DNA of 64,000 nucleotides, from assembly GCA_017936745.1 (NCBI GenBank), contig JAGBEY010000011.1, positions 8,498 to 72,497 on the forward strand, given 5' to 3'. The position numbers and the translations under genes were made by a program. Shown in pieces: positions 7,863-16,013 of this stretch; position 1 is the stretch's first letter, and each line of letters opens with the position of its first letter. The notes under the pieces are model-generated. The model saw nothing but the letters and a program-made list of their open reading frames with translations, made no database searches and was not told the origin of the DNA. Source of the DNA: Clostridia bacterium (GTDB taxonomy: Bacteria; Bacillota; Clostridia; UMGS1840).

Positions 7863-8606
7863 ATGAAACCAAAAATAATTGCATTGATTGGTGTAGTGCT
7901 TACTGTATATGGGTTAATATTATGTGTCGTGTCAAACTTAAATCTTGGCGTTGTGCTTGTTGTATTTTTGGGCATTGCCACATTGTGTACAGGTGTTTTC
8001 TATTCAAAGATAAAGAGAATGACAACTATAAAAATTTTTAAGCTTTGCAAAATTTTATTTGTTTTGTTTTTATGTGTCGAAGCTGCATTGATATCTTTTA
8101 TAGCAATTTACGGATATTCTGATAATATGGATTATAAAGAAGATGCGGTTATTGTTTTAGGTGCGGGTATTCGTGGTGATAGGGTGACGCTACCATTAAA
8201 AATGCGTTTGGATAAAGCAATAGAATATCATTATAAAAATCCGGACGCTTTCATCGTTGTTACCGGCGGACAAGGATTGCAGGAAACCGTCACCGAGGCT
8301 TATGCGATGGAAAAATATCTTGTGCAAAACGGAGTGGATAACAGCAGAATTCTTAAAGAAGAAAAAGCAACCTCTACATTTGAAAATATGAAATATTCAA
8401 AAGAAATACTTGATAATTGTTTTACAAATGACTATTCGGTAGTGGTTATAACAAATAATTTTCATGTTTTTCGAGGAACGACCATAGCAAAAAATACAGG
8501 CTTCAAAGACGTTACTCATATGCACGCAGGCTTACAATGGTATAATCTTATGCCTTGTTTTCTAAGAGAAAGCCTTGCGGTAATAAAAATGATAATTTTG
8601 GGATGA
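7863..8606 (+). CDS. YdcF/DUF218 (ElyC/SanA-like) family membrane-anchored protein
   Basis: RBS AAAGGAG precedes ATG 7863. N-terminal TM helices, then a DUF218 core (AVIVLGAGIRGD, VVTGGQG..ETVTEAYAM..YL, ITNNFH). Confidence 0.7.
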   Translation: MKPKIIALIGVVLTVYGLILCVVSNLNLGVVLVVFLGIATLCTGVFYSKIKRMTTIKIFKLCKILFVLFLCVEAALISFIAIYGYSDNMDYKEDAVIVLGAGIRGDRVTLPLKMRLDKAIEYHYKNPDAFIVVTGGQGLQETVTEAYAMEKYLVQNGVDNSRILKEEKATSTFENMKYSKEILDNCFTNDYSVVVITNNFHVFRGTTIAKNTGFKDVTHMHAGLQWYNLMPCFLRESLAVIKMIILG

Positions 8607-8662
8607 TTTTATGTTCTAACTTAATACGAGATACATGGAGATGTCGAATGTTGTCGAAAGGA
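8607..8662 (+). repeat. repeat module B, copy 2
   Basis: Starts directly after the ydcF-like stop. TTTTATGTTCTAACTTAATACGAGATACATGGAGATGTCGAATGTTGTCGAAAGGA. Confidence 0.85.
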
Positions 8663-8671
8663 GGCGATAGT

Positions 8672-9043
8672 GTGAAAAGGGTTTTTAGAAAATTTAGAAA
8701 AGAGAAACGAATAATTCCCCCAATGCCTGAATGGAATGAGATTGTTGAAATGCTTTATGACAAAAATCTTGATTTTTTAGATTCAACAGTAGAGGAAGTT
8801 ATATATTCAAAAGATAAGTCAAAAAGATATGTTGTCTTAAAAAGTGATAAAGGTTTCTTTACCTATCGTCTTGAGAAAATATATCAGCTTAACGAAGATG
8901 AATGAAGTTATAGATGCAGTTTTGATTTAACACCAGCATTCTGGCAGGATGTCGATAATGGAAGTAAGTCGATTTTTTCTACTTTGGAAGATGCCTTAAA
9001 AGAATTGAAACAAGAAGCAGAATATAAGTTTTTTTATTCCTAA
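8672..9043 (+). pseudogene. small cytoplasmic protein gene interrupted by an in-frame TGA at 8903-8905
   Basis: RBS AAGGAGG lies 8 nt before GTG 8672. After the TGA the same frame stays open for 45 more protein-like codons (SYRCSFDLTPAFWQDVDNG...KELKQEAEYKFFYS) up to TAA 9041-9043. Confidence 0.5.
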
Positions 9044-9054
9044 CCTGACACGAA

Positions 9055-9101
9055 CTTGACACCAAAAAGGTTTGCATCTAAACCTTATGTGTCGCAATTA
9101 A
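9055..9101 (+). repeat. repeat module A, copy 2
   Basis: CTTGACACCAAAAAGGTTTGCATCTAAACCTTATGTGTCGCAATTAA. Confidence 0.85.
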
Positions 9102-9162
9102 TGAATTTGTATGGCAAGCGTATTGAATAGGGAAAATCAATGATAATGAGGGAGGAAATACT

Positions 9163-9516
9163 ATGATTACTGTAAGAACTATATTTTCGGAAATTTCTTT
9201 TGACCAATATAAAGAGTATGCCATTTATTTTGAGTCTTACGAGGCAGACCGATACGGTCGTCCGTTATCACCGGATTCGGAGGAGGTAAAAAACGGACAA
9301 TATTATGATTTTGGTCATATTATTATCGAAACCGAAACAAAAAAATACGCTTTGAAATGTGTATATGAACCCTATCAGTGGGTGGCAGAGCTTCTCGACT
9401 ACATAGATGCACACCGTGAGGAGGAACATCTTCTTTTGGATATGTCACGATTGATGAAATCAGGAGACGATTTTGTAGAATTTGAATGCAGCGATTGTTG
9501 TGTCAGTAAGATATAA
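9163..9516 (+). CDS. hypothetical small acidic protein (117 aa)
   Basis: RBS GAGGGAGG lies upstream, with a terminator downstream. No recognisable motif. Confidence 0.5.
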   Translation: MITVRTIFSEISFDQYKEYAIYFESYEADRYGRPLSPDSEEVKNGQYYDFGHIIIETETKKYALKCVYEPYQWVAELLDYIDAHREEEHLLLDMSRLMKSGDDFVEFECSDCCVSKI

Positions 9517-9531
9517 AAATGATTGAAAAAT

Positions 9532-9575
9532 AAGTAAAAGCCCGGCAAAACAATAATTTTACCGGGCTTTTACTT
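9532..9575. terminator. bidirectional rho-independent terminator
   Basis: 14-bp stem AAGTAAAAGCCCGG/CCGGGCTTTTACTT overlapping the stop of the convergent AraC gene. Confidence 0.75.
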
Positions 9576-10437
9576 ATTCATTTGCTTCTTTACGTAATTC
9601 GTTTGGTGTTTTGTTGTAATATTTTTTAAAGGCAACGAAGAAACCGTTGGTTCTGCTGTAGCCGCATTTTTCTGCAATGTTTGTAACAGAAAGGTTGGTG
9701 TGCTGCAGAAGCGTTTTTGCATAGTTCATTTTCATCATTGCGATTCGTTCACTGAAAGATTGAGAATACAATTTCTTTATGATTCTTTGTGTCTGTTGGG
9801 GACTCAGATTCAAAAGCTCTGCTAAATTTTCCAGAGAACCGTTATGGAATTTGTTTACAAAATAGTCGTCAATGATATAGTTACGGGAATGATTGGTGTT
9901 GGTGAGGATATCGGAGGGTAACAGTTTTTGATCATCAAATTTTGTTACCTTCATCAGTGCGACAATTTCGTGCAGACAAGAGGTGATAAGCTCGTCTTTT
10001 TCAATATAATCACTTTGGAAGTATCTGGCACATCGGTGAAATGCATGAGAACCCATGAAAGCCTCCAGCACGGTTACATCCTCGTTGAGAATTTCACAAA
10101 AGGATTCATAATAGCTGGAATTGGAAACCTTGGGGTTTTTCTCTATGGTGAACACCATGGAAAACCGCATGGATTCTGCATGGAGAAATGTAGAATGAAA
10201 CACTCCGGGGGCGAGAATCACCGTGTCTTTTTCATGGAAATCTCGTTCTTGTGTTTCGGTAGCTATGGTGATGCTTCCGCGTAACACATGAAACAGCTCA
10301 TAAAATTTGTGAGAATGCAGTGTGGTATCTGAGACCTGCTGACGGGAAACAGCAGTGATATCCGAGAAAAATACAAAATCGGCATTTCCGATGCTGATGC
10401 GATACTCCTGGTAATTTTTATACAGGAAACTTTTCAT
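9574..10437 (-). CDS. AraC-family transcriptional regulator (cupin N-domain plus HTH)
   Basis: C-terminal AraC HTH (NIAEKCGYSRTNGFFVAFKKYYNKTPNELR) and an N-terminal cupin-like domain (HSHKFYELFHVLRG). Confidence 0.85.
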   Translation of the reverse strand: MKSFLYKNYQEYRISIGNADFVFFSDITAVSRQQVSDTTLHSHKFYELFHVLRGSITIATETQERDFHEKDTVILAPGVFHSTFLHAESMRFSMVFTIEKNPKVSNSSYYESFCEILNEDVTVLEAFMGSHAFHRCARYFQSDYIEKDELITSCLHEIVALMKVTKFDDQKLLPSDILTNTNHSRNYIIDDYFVNKFHNGSLENLAELLNLSPQQTQRIIKKLYSQSFSERIAMMKMNYAKTLLQHTNLSVTNIAEKCGYSRTNGFFVAFKKYYNKTPNELRKEANE

Positions 10438-10574
10438 AAAATCACCTTTCCGACGTTGCGGTTATTTCAATTTTTGCCAAAGAAAACGATTTTTAAAAAG
10501 ACAGTTACCGTTTATTCCAATCTTAACTGCAGAGTACTCCGGAGAAGCTTACCGAAGGGGTTGTTATTGCACCA

Positions 10575-11429
10575 TTAGGATTTCGCTTCTAAACGGAATT
10601 CATTCGGAGTTTTACCATAATGTTTTTTGAATGCAACAAAGAAGCCGTTCGTGCTGTTGTAGCCGCAGTTGGAAGCAATCTGAGCGATGGGAAGCTTGCT
10701 GTTTAAAAGCATCCGTTTTGCATATTGCATTTTTGACTGCACGATTTTCTCGCTGAAGGATTTGGAATACATTTTTTTTATAATTCTTTGTGTTTGCTGG
10801 GGACTCAGATGAAGAAGGTCTGCCAGCTTAACCAAAGAACCGTTCTGATAGTTCATAGTAAAATAATTATCCACAATATAGGTGCGTAAGCTGTTGGTAT
10901 CTGATAACACAGCGGAGCTTGCGTTCTGAGAACCGTGCGCAATTTTCAGAAGCACCATAATTTCGTGGAGACAAGAAATCATCAGTTCGTCCCGCTCGTT
11001 ATGATTGCTTTGAAAATAGTAAGCCAACCGTTTAAAAGGCTGGTCGGATGCAGCATTGGTGTGAATATAAGGCTTGCTCAGCATCGTCCGGAATGCATCG
11101 TAATAGCTGGAACCGGAATTGTTTTTATTTTTTCTGAAAGAAAATGTCATACAGATTCGTAATGAACCCGGTGCAAACTGAGTGGTATGCATCAACTCGG
11201 GAGAAACAATTACCGTGTCTCCCTCCCGGAGTGAGACATCACCGATACCGGTATGAATGGTAATCTTGCCTCGTAAGACGTGGAACAGCTCATAAAACCT
11301 GTGTGCGTGCATTGTTGTACCGGAATTTTGCTGATATGCCAGCGAATTGGTTTCGGAAAAAAAGGTGAAGTCGGTATCACCAACGGAAAAATGATATTCC
11401 TGATAGTTGTCAAGAGATTTGGGGTTCAT
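10575..11429 (-). CDS. AraC-family transcriptional regulator, paralog of the neighbouring gene
   Basis: Same architecture, colinear with 9574-10437 (HAHRFYELFHVLRG; QIASNCGYNSTNGFFVAFKKHYGKTPNEFR). RBS GGAGGATGG favours the start at 11429 over 11522. Confidence 0.85.
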   Translation of the reverse strand: MNPKSLDNYQEYHFSVGDTDFTFFSETNSLAYQQNSGTTMHAHRFYELFHVLRGKITIHTGIGDVSLREGDTVIVSPELMHTTQFAPGSLRICMTFSFRKNKNNSGSSYYDAFRTMLSKPYIHTNAASDQPFKRLAYYFQSNHNERDELMISCLHEIMVLLKIAHGSQNASSAVLSDTNSLRTYIVDNYFTMNYQNGSLVKLADLLHLSPQQTQRIIKKMYSKSFSEKIVQSKMQYAKRMLLNSKLPIAQIASNCGYNSTNGFFVAFKKHYGKTPNEFRLEAKS

Positions 11430-11596
11430 TGTATCACCATCCTCCGCATTACTTTTCAAAATCGTATCATAAAATGAGAAAATAGTCAAATAAAAGTTCA
11501 TTATTATTCTAAAAACATCCAAAATATGATATATCAGGTTACTATTTGACGTGTTTTTGGTGTTGTTTTGCGATAAAAATATTTTTGAAATAATTG

Positions 11597-11625
11597 TTTA
11601 CATTTGTCGGATATTCTGTTATACT
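11597..11625 (+). promoter_or_regulatory. sigma-A-type promoter
   Basis: TTTACA, 17 nt, TATACT, upstream of the MscS-family gene. Confidence 0.45.
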
Positions 11626-11656
11626 ATAATCAAATCAATCATAAAGGAGAATCGTT

Positions 11657-12478
11657 ATGACGAAAGAATCTATTGACGCGTTATTTCAAACACTGACCCC
11701 CTATGCCATTGATATTGCAAGTAAAATTTTAATCGCCGTTATTGTTCTGGCAGTTGGATTTAAGCTGACAAAGACTGTAGTAAAGCTGCTGACCAAAAGC
11801 AAGGTATTTGCCAAATTTGATCCCAATGTCAGATCGTTTATCAATAGCTTTTTGGCGATTGCATTAAAATCTGTAATTATTATTACAGTAGCCGGTATTA
11901 TCGGGATTCCGATGACGTCATTTATTACCATTTTAGGGTCTATGGCGGTTGCCATTGGGTTATCCTTACAGGGAAGCTTATCCAACATTGCCGGCGGTCT
12001 CATTATTTTGATTTTCAAACCCTTTTCTATCGGTGATTACATTACGGTAGACGGTGTGGAAGGAAGTATATCTGAAATTGGGCTGTATTACACTCATCTT
12101 ACCACGGTAGATAACCGTAAAATTGTAATTCCAAATGGCGTGGTGTCGAATAACACGCTGGTGAATGTAACACATCAGACAACAAGACGGGTAGATTTAT
12201 CCATTACCACTTCTTATGACAGTGACATTGATACCGTTAAAGATATCCTGTTAGGCATTGCCGATGCACATGATAAGGTGTTGAAAACACCTGCTGCACC
12301 GATTGCACGCCTGGCAGAACACGGAGACAGTGCCTTGGTATTTACATTTCGTTGCTGGTGTAAATCCGAGGATTACTGGGATGTTCGGTTCGATTTGCTG
12401 GAGCAGGTAAAAGAAGCGTTTGATAAACGCGGAATATCCATTCCGTATCCGCAGCTGGATGTGCATCTTGAAAAATAA
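11657..12478 (+). CDS. small-conductance mechanosensitive channel (MscS family)
   Basis: Three N-terminal TM segments, then the MscS beta-domain motif FKPFSIGDYITVDGVEGSISEIGLYYTHLTTVDNRKIVIPNG. Confidence 0.85.
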   Translation: MTKESIDALFQTLTPYAIDIASKILIAVIVLAVGFKLTKTVVKLLTKSKVFAKFDPNVRSFINSFLAIALKSVIIITVAGIIGIPMTSFITILGSMAVAIGLSLQGSLSNIAGGLIILIFKPFSIGDYITVDGVEGSISEIGLYYTHLTTVDNRKIVIPNGVVSNNTLVNVTHQTTRRVDLSITTSYDSDIDTVKDILLGIADAHDKVLKTPAAPIARLAEHGDSALVFTFRCWCKSEDYWDVRFDLLEQVKEAFDKRGISIPYPQLDVHLEK

Positions 12479-12488
12479 GTAATTCCGT

Positions 12489-12522
12489 ATCCTGCAGGGG
12501 AAACCCTGCGGGATATTTTTTT
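12489..12522 (+). terminator. rho-independent terminator
   Basis: 11-bp stem ATCCTGCAGGG/CCCTGCGGGAT followed by T7. Confidence 0.8.
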
Positions 12523-12528
12523 GCCTTT

Positions 12529-12559
12529 GTAATACGAATGGTTTTTTTCGGAAATACTA
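12529..12559 (+). promoter_or_regulatory. possible forespore (sigma-F/sigma-G type) promoter
   Basis: GTAATA, 15 nt, GGAAATACTA. This resembles the GTATA-N15-GGnRAnAnTW pattern, upstream of sigG. Confidence 0.35.
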
Positions 12560-12604
12560 TGGACAAACCTTTGGTGTTTTGGAAAAGAATTATGGAGGCA
12601 AGCT

Positions 12605-13375
12605 ATGAATAAAGTGGTTATTTGTGGTGTTAATACGCAAAATCTGCCGAATCTGAATCAGGATAAAAAAATGGAGTTGTTTCAAAAAATTAAGCAAGGG
12701 GATATGGAAGCGAGAGAAGAATTTATCAACGGAAATCTCAGGTTGGTGTTAAGTGTGATTAAGAAATTTTCCAACCGCGGGGAAAATTTGGATGACTTGT
12801 TTCAAATCGGCTGTGTGGGGTTGATTAAGGCAATTGACAATTTTGATTTGGCTCACGAGGTGAAATTTTCCACCTATGCCGTGCCCATGATTTTAGGCGA
12901 AATTAAGCGGTATCTGCGTGATTCCGGAGCAATCAAGGTGAGCCGTTCTCTCAAGGATGTGGCATACCGTGCCTTGACAGCTAAGGAACGCCTCACCGCA
13001 TCCTTGGGACACGAGCCCACACCATACGAAATCGCAAAGGAAATTGATGTCAGTCCGAAAGAGGTGGTTACTGCGTTAGAGGCTATTTGTGACCCGGTTT
13101 CCCTGTATGACCCCATTTATAACGACGGGGGAGATGTAATACTGGTGATGGATCAGCTTTCTGACCGGGAGGATAAGGAGGAAAAATGGGTAGGTGGGAT
13201 TTGTGTGTCTCAGGCGATTAGCCGCCTTTCGGAAAAAGAACGGAAAATTTTGTCTATGCGTTTTTTTGAAGATAAAACCCAAACGGAAATTGCAGAAGAA
13301 ATTCACATATCTCAGGCACAGGTTTCCCGATTGGAAAAAAATGCCCTCATATCAATGCGAAAATATATCACCTGA
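12605..13375 (+). CDS. sigG: sporulation sigma factor SigG
   Basis: N-terminus NKVVICGVNTQNLPNLN... then GNLRLVLSVIKKF..RGENLDDLFQIGCVGLIKAIDNFD..VKFSTYAVPMILGEIKRYLRD. There is no spoIIAA/AB upstream, which argues against sigF. Confidence 0.85.
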   Translation: MNKVVICGVNTQNLPNLNQDKKMELFQKIKQGDMEAREEFINGNLRLVLSVIKKFSNRGENLDDLFQIGCVGLIKAIDNFDLAHEVKFSTYAVPMILGEIKRYLRDSGAIKVSRSLKDVAYRALTAKERLTASLGHEPTPYEIAKEIDVSPKEVVTALEAICDPVSLYDPIYNDGGDVILVMDQLSDREDKEEKWVGGICVSQAISRLSEKERKILSMRFFEDKTQTEIAEEIHISQAQVSRLEKNALISMRKYIT

Positions 13376-13408
13376 AAAAGGGGAGACAGAATTGTCTCCT
13401 CTTTTTTC
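13376..13408 (+). terminator. rho-independent terminator
   Basis: Stem AGGGGAGACA/TGTCTCCTCT followed by a T-run. Confidence 0.75.
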
Positions 13409-13461
13409 ATAAGATGACACTGATTTCTCATATAAATGAGACAGGAGAGGAAGTGCTTCTT

Positions 13462-14937
13462 ATGAGAAAAACGAAAAAATTTGTTATCAATGCGGTGATT
13501 TTGACAGCTACTTCTTTGATTCTTCGGAGTCTTGGACTTTCGTTTTCTGTGTATCTGTCCAAAACTGTAGGTGCAGAGGCAATGGGGACATTTCATTTGA
13601 TTTTGTCTGTCTATTTCTTTGCCATAACCGTTTCTACATCGGGAATCGGCTTGACTATGACCAAGCTGATTTCCGAGGAAATTGCACTGGGCAGAGAGCA
13701 TTGTGTGGGAACACTTTTGAAAAAAGGTATCCTATATTGCCTGGGCTTCAGTGTCATAGGCATCGGACTCTTGCTTGCTTTTTCGCCTGTTCTGGTGACA
13801 GCCTGCTTTGACGGTGCAATTACGAGAACTCCTTTTTTGATTCTTGCTGTGGGTTTGCCTTTTGTGTCGGTTTCGGCTGCGTTATCAGGCTATTTTACGG
13901 CACGCAGAAAGGTATATAAAACTGCTGCGGGACAAATTGCTGAGCAACTTTTAAAGATGGGAATTACCGTTGGAATTTTATTGCTTTTCAAACCACAGAC
14001 ACTAACCCGGACTATGTGCACATTGATTGTCGGCGGAACCGTGGGAGAGGTATTTTCTTGTTTTTATTTATTTTTGTGCTATCGGTTTGAGAAAAAAATT
14101 GTTGAGAGACATTTCGTGAAAAGAGGGCAGTGGAAGCGACTGTTTGGGTTTGCTTTGCCGATTGCTCTTAGCTCTTACCTACGGTCAGGGCTATCAGGTG
14201 TCAAACAGTTAAGTGTACCAGCAAGACTGAGAAAATCCGGAGTTCAAAATGCAGTGGAGCAATATGGTATCATCAATGCGATGGTATTTCCGGTTCTGAT
14301 GTTTCCTCAGGTGGTTTTGTCTGCATTTTCTTCTCTCATTGTGCCTGAAATCACAGAAAAATATACACTGCGGCAGGGGCAGGCATTAAATCGGATTCTT
14401 ACCAGAATTTTTAAAATCACGCTTGTTTTTGCGGTGGCAACCGGAGGAATTTTGTTTTTATATGCGAAAGATTTATGCTTTTTGATTTACGGGAACACAG
14501 ACATCGCCTTTTATTTAAAATTACTGGCACCTCTGACTGTGATTATGTATCTGGATGATATTGTGGATGCAGTACTAAAGGGCATCAACTGTCAGGTGTC
14601 GGTGGTTCGCATCAATATTCTGGATTCCCTGGTGAGTATTTTTCTTTTGTGGTATCTTTTGCCGTTGTATCATATCAAGGGATATTTCATGGTTATTTTT
14701 ATCGGTGAAATTTTAAACGGAACGCTTAGTATCCTGAAGCTGATACAAAAAACTGACTTTTCCATTTCTTTTTTTAAGTGGATTTTTCTACCTGCTGTGA
14801 TGATTTGGATTTCTATGCTTGCCTCCAAAATTCTGTTGCCCTTTTCTATGTGGGGAAGTATCTTGTTGTCGGTATGCTTGTATGTTGGAATGTTATACGC
14901 CGCGGGAATTATTGATTACCGCGATTTTAAGCTGTGA
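13462..14937 (+). CDS. spoVB: stage V sporulation protein B (MOP-superfamily flippase)
   Basis: About 14 TM segments. N-terminus MRKTKKFVINAVILTATSLILRSLGLSFSVYLSKTVGAEAMGTFHL is typical of SpoVB. ATG 13462 is preferred over 13414. Confidence 0.7.
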   Translation: MRKTKKFVINAVILTATSLILRSLGLSFSVYLSKTVGAEAMGTFHLILSVYFFAITVSTSGIGLTMTKLISEEIALGREHCVGTLLKKGILYCLGFSVIGIGLLLAFSPVLVTACFDGAITRTPFLILAVGLPFVSVSAALSGYFTARRKVYKTAAGQIAEQLLKMGITVGILLLFKPQTLTRTMCTLIVGGTVGEVFSCFYLFLCYRFEKKIVERHFVKRGQWKRLFGFALPIALSSYLRSGLSGVKQLSVPARLRKSGVQNAVEQYGIINAMVFPVLMFPQVVLSAFSSLIVPEITEKYTLRQGQALNRILTRIFKITLVFAVATGGILFLYAKDLCFLIYGNTDIAFYLKLLAPLTVIMYLDDIVDAVLKGINCQVSVVRINILDSLVSIFLLWYLLPLYHIKGYFMVIFIGEILNGTLSILKLIQKTDFSISFFKWIFLPAVMIWISMLASKILLPFSMWGSILLSVCLYVGMLYAAGIIDYRDFKL

Positions 14938-14947
14938 TTTAATTCCA

Positions 14948-14983
14948 CTTGCATTTTCTCGCTGATTATGATATAATGAGATT
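14948..14983 (+). repeat. repeat module P, copy 2 (TTGCAT-17-TATAAT promoter-like)
   Basis: CTTGCATTTTCTCGCTGATTATGATATAATGAGATT is shared with 6756-6797. Confidence 0.7.
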
Positions 14984-14989
14984 GCAAGG

Positions 14990-15063
14990 CAATTCAATTC
15001 ATGTTGCGATAGCAACAATTCATGGCTTTAGCCAATTCATGACAACGAAGTTGTCAATTCATT
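14990..15063 (+). repeat. array of CAATTCAT(G/T) 9-mers alternating with three different short hairpins
   Basis: 9-mers at 14995, 15016, 15033 and 15055, plus a partial copy at 14990. Intervening hairpins are GTTGC/GCAAC, GGCT/AGCC and GACAAC/GTTGTC. Confidence 0.8.
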
Positions 15064-15086
15064 AAAAAGGTTTGGCATCTAAATCG
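15064..15086 (+). repeat. repeat module A, degenerate copy
   Basis: AAAAAGGTTTGGCATCTAAATCG compared with AAAAAGGTTTGCATCTAAACC. Confidence 0.55.
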
Positions 15087-15106
15087 TTCACTGATTTTAG
15101 TAAGAC

Positions 15107-15126
15107 TGTCGAATATTGTCGAAAGG
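15107..15126 (+). repeat. 3' half of repeat module B
   Basis: TGTCGAATATTGTCGAAAGG. Confidence 0.7.
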
Positions 15127-15136
15127 TGTGTACAAA

Positions 15137-15619
15137 TTGAAACGAATATTAAGTCATTATTGTGGAGTTTTTGTAACACTATACTTTTATATAACAATTG
15201 GACTTTTGTCTTATTTATTGCGAAATCAATTATTAAATGGTTGTATAGAAATTTTTGCATTCTCTTTGCCAATTGTTTCGGGAGTAATTACATTTATATT
15301 TTTGAAGAGTTATAACTTAAAAGATTTTTTTAAAAGGTGTTTTAGATATCTATGGATGTCTTTATTAACATTTGTAATTCTTGAAATAATTATAAGATTG
15401 TATCAGTCGCTTTTTTTGTACTTTCTTGGTGCGGTTTGGGCGACAGATGTTCAATTAGGATTGGGAGAAATATTTTTACTTGTTGTTTCTGAACTGGTGC
15501 ATTTGGGGTTATGTATAACTGGAATGATAGTTTCAGGGAGTGTATCTTTTTACAGACAAATAAAAATTAAACAAAGTAAAGCGACGAGCTTCGTGGAAAG
15601 GAAAGCTAACTGTGAGTAA
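15137..15619 (+). CDS. hypothetical polytopic membrane protein
   Basis: 4-5 hydrophobic spans and AT-rich. Start is uncertain: TTG 15137, placed 8 nt after AAAGGTG, or TTG 15116. Confidence 0.5.
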   Translation: MKRILSHYCGVFVTLYFYITIGLLSYLLRNQLLNGCIEIFAFSLPIVSGVITFIFLKSYNLKDFFKRCFRYLWMSLLTFVILEIIIRLYQSLFLYFLGAVWATDVQLGLGEIFLLVVSELVHLGLCITGMIVSGSVSFYRQIKIKQSKATSFVERKANCE

Positions 15620-15986
15620 AAAAATCCTTTTTGAAACTGCAACAAAATATTTGCTTTATTTTAATGTAATATTTATTATAGGATACACCGTTTTCGTATT
15701 GATGGATAGTGTATGGTCTAATGCTGCTGCGAGTTTATTGGTACATAAATTATTGAAGTATTTTATTTTAGCGTTTGTAATTGCAGGTGCTATGGTTGTG
15801 CATTATCTAATTACAAAAAATGCGTCTAAAATTAATATTGCTAATACAATTGTACTTGTATTGTTGTGTACTGCAGAATATTCAATTTATAATTCTAAAT
15901 TATATCCTATGCATTATATTGTATATGTGTATTATATTATATCATTTGTAATATGTATGGGAAAGTTTTTAATTAGAGAATTTTGA
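15612..15986 (+). CDS. hypothetical polytopic membrane protein (124 aa)
   Basis: GTG start overlaps the upstream stop. RBS GGAAAGGAAAG. Four hydrophobic spans. Confidence 0.5.
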   Translation: MSKKILFETATKYLLYFNVIFIIGYTVFVLMDSVWSNAAASLLVHKLLKYFILAFVIAGAMVVHYLITKNASKINIANTIVLVLLCTAEYSIYNSKLYPMHYIVYVYYIISFVICMGKFLIREF

Positions 15987-16013
15987 TTTAAGCATATTAT
16001 AGAATTATAGATA

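Noticed and set aside
8555-8671. Listed start of the 116-aa ORF overlapping the 3' end of the YdcF-like gene
   Set aside because: The overlap region is the ydcF-like coding sequence and repeat module B. The RBS AAGGAGG supports GTG 8672.
8903-8905. Possibility that TGA is a sense codon (alternative genetic code)
   Set aside because: TGA clearly terminates other well-defined genes in the window (galK at 45438, the YdcF-like gene at 8606, tcdA). The in-frame TGA is therefore better explained as a nonsense mutation or a sequencing error.
14990-15063. CRISPR array
   Set aside because: The repeat is only 9 nt, the 'spacers' are 8-13 nt and each is palindromic, and there are no cas genes. No other CRISPR-like periodicity was noticed in the window.
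15054-15272. 72-aa minus-strand ORF across the repeat region and the start of the membrane-protein gene
   Set aside because: It overlaps repeat modules and the plus-strand CDS and has no RBS. It is likely spurious.
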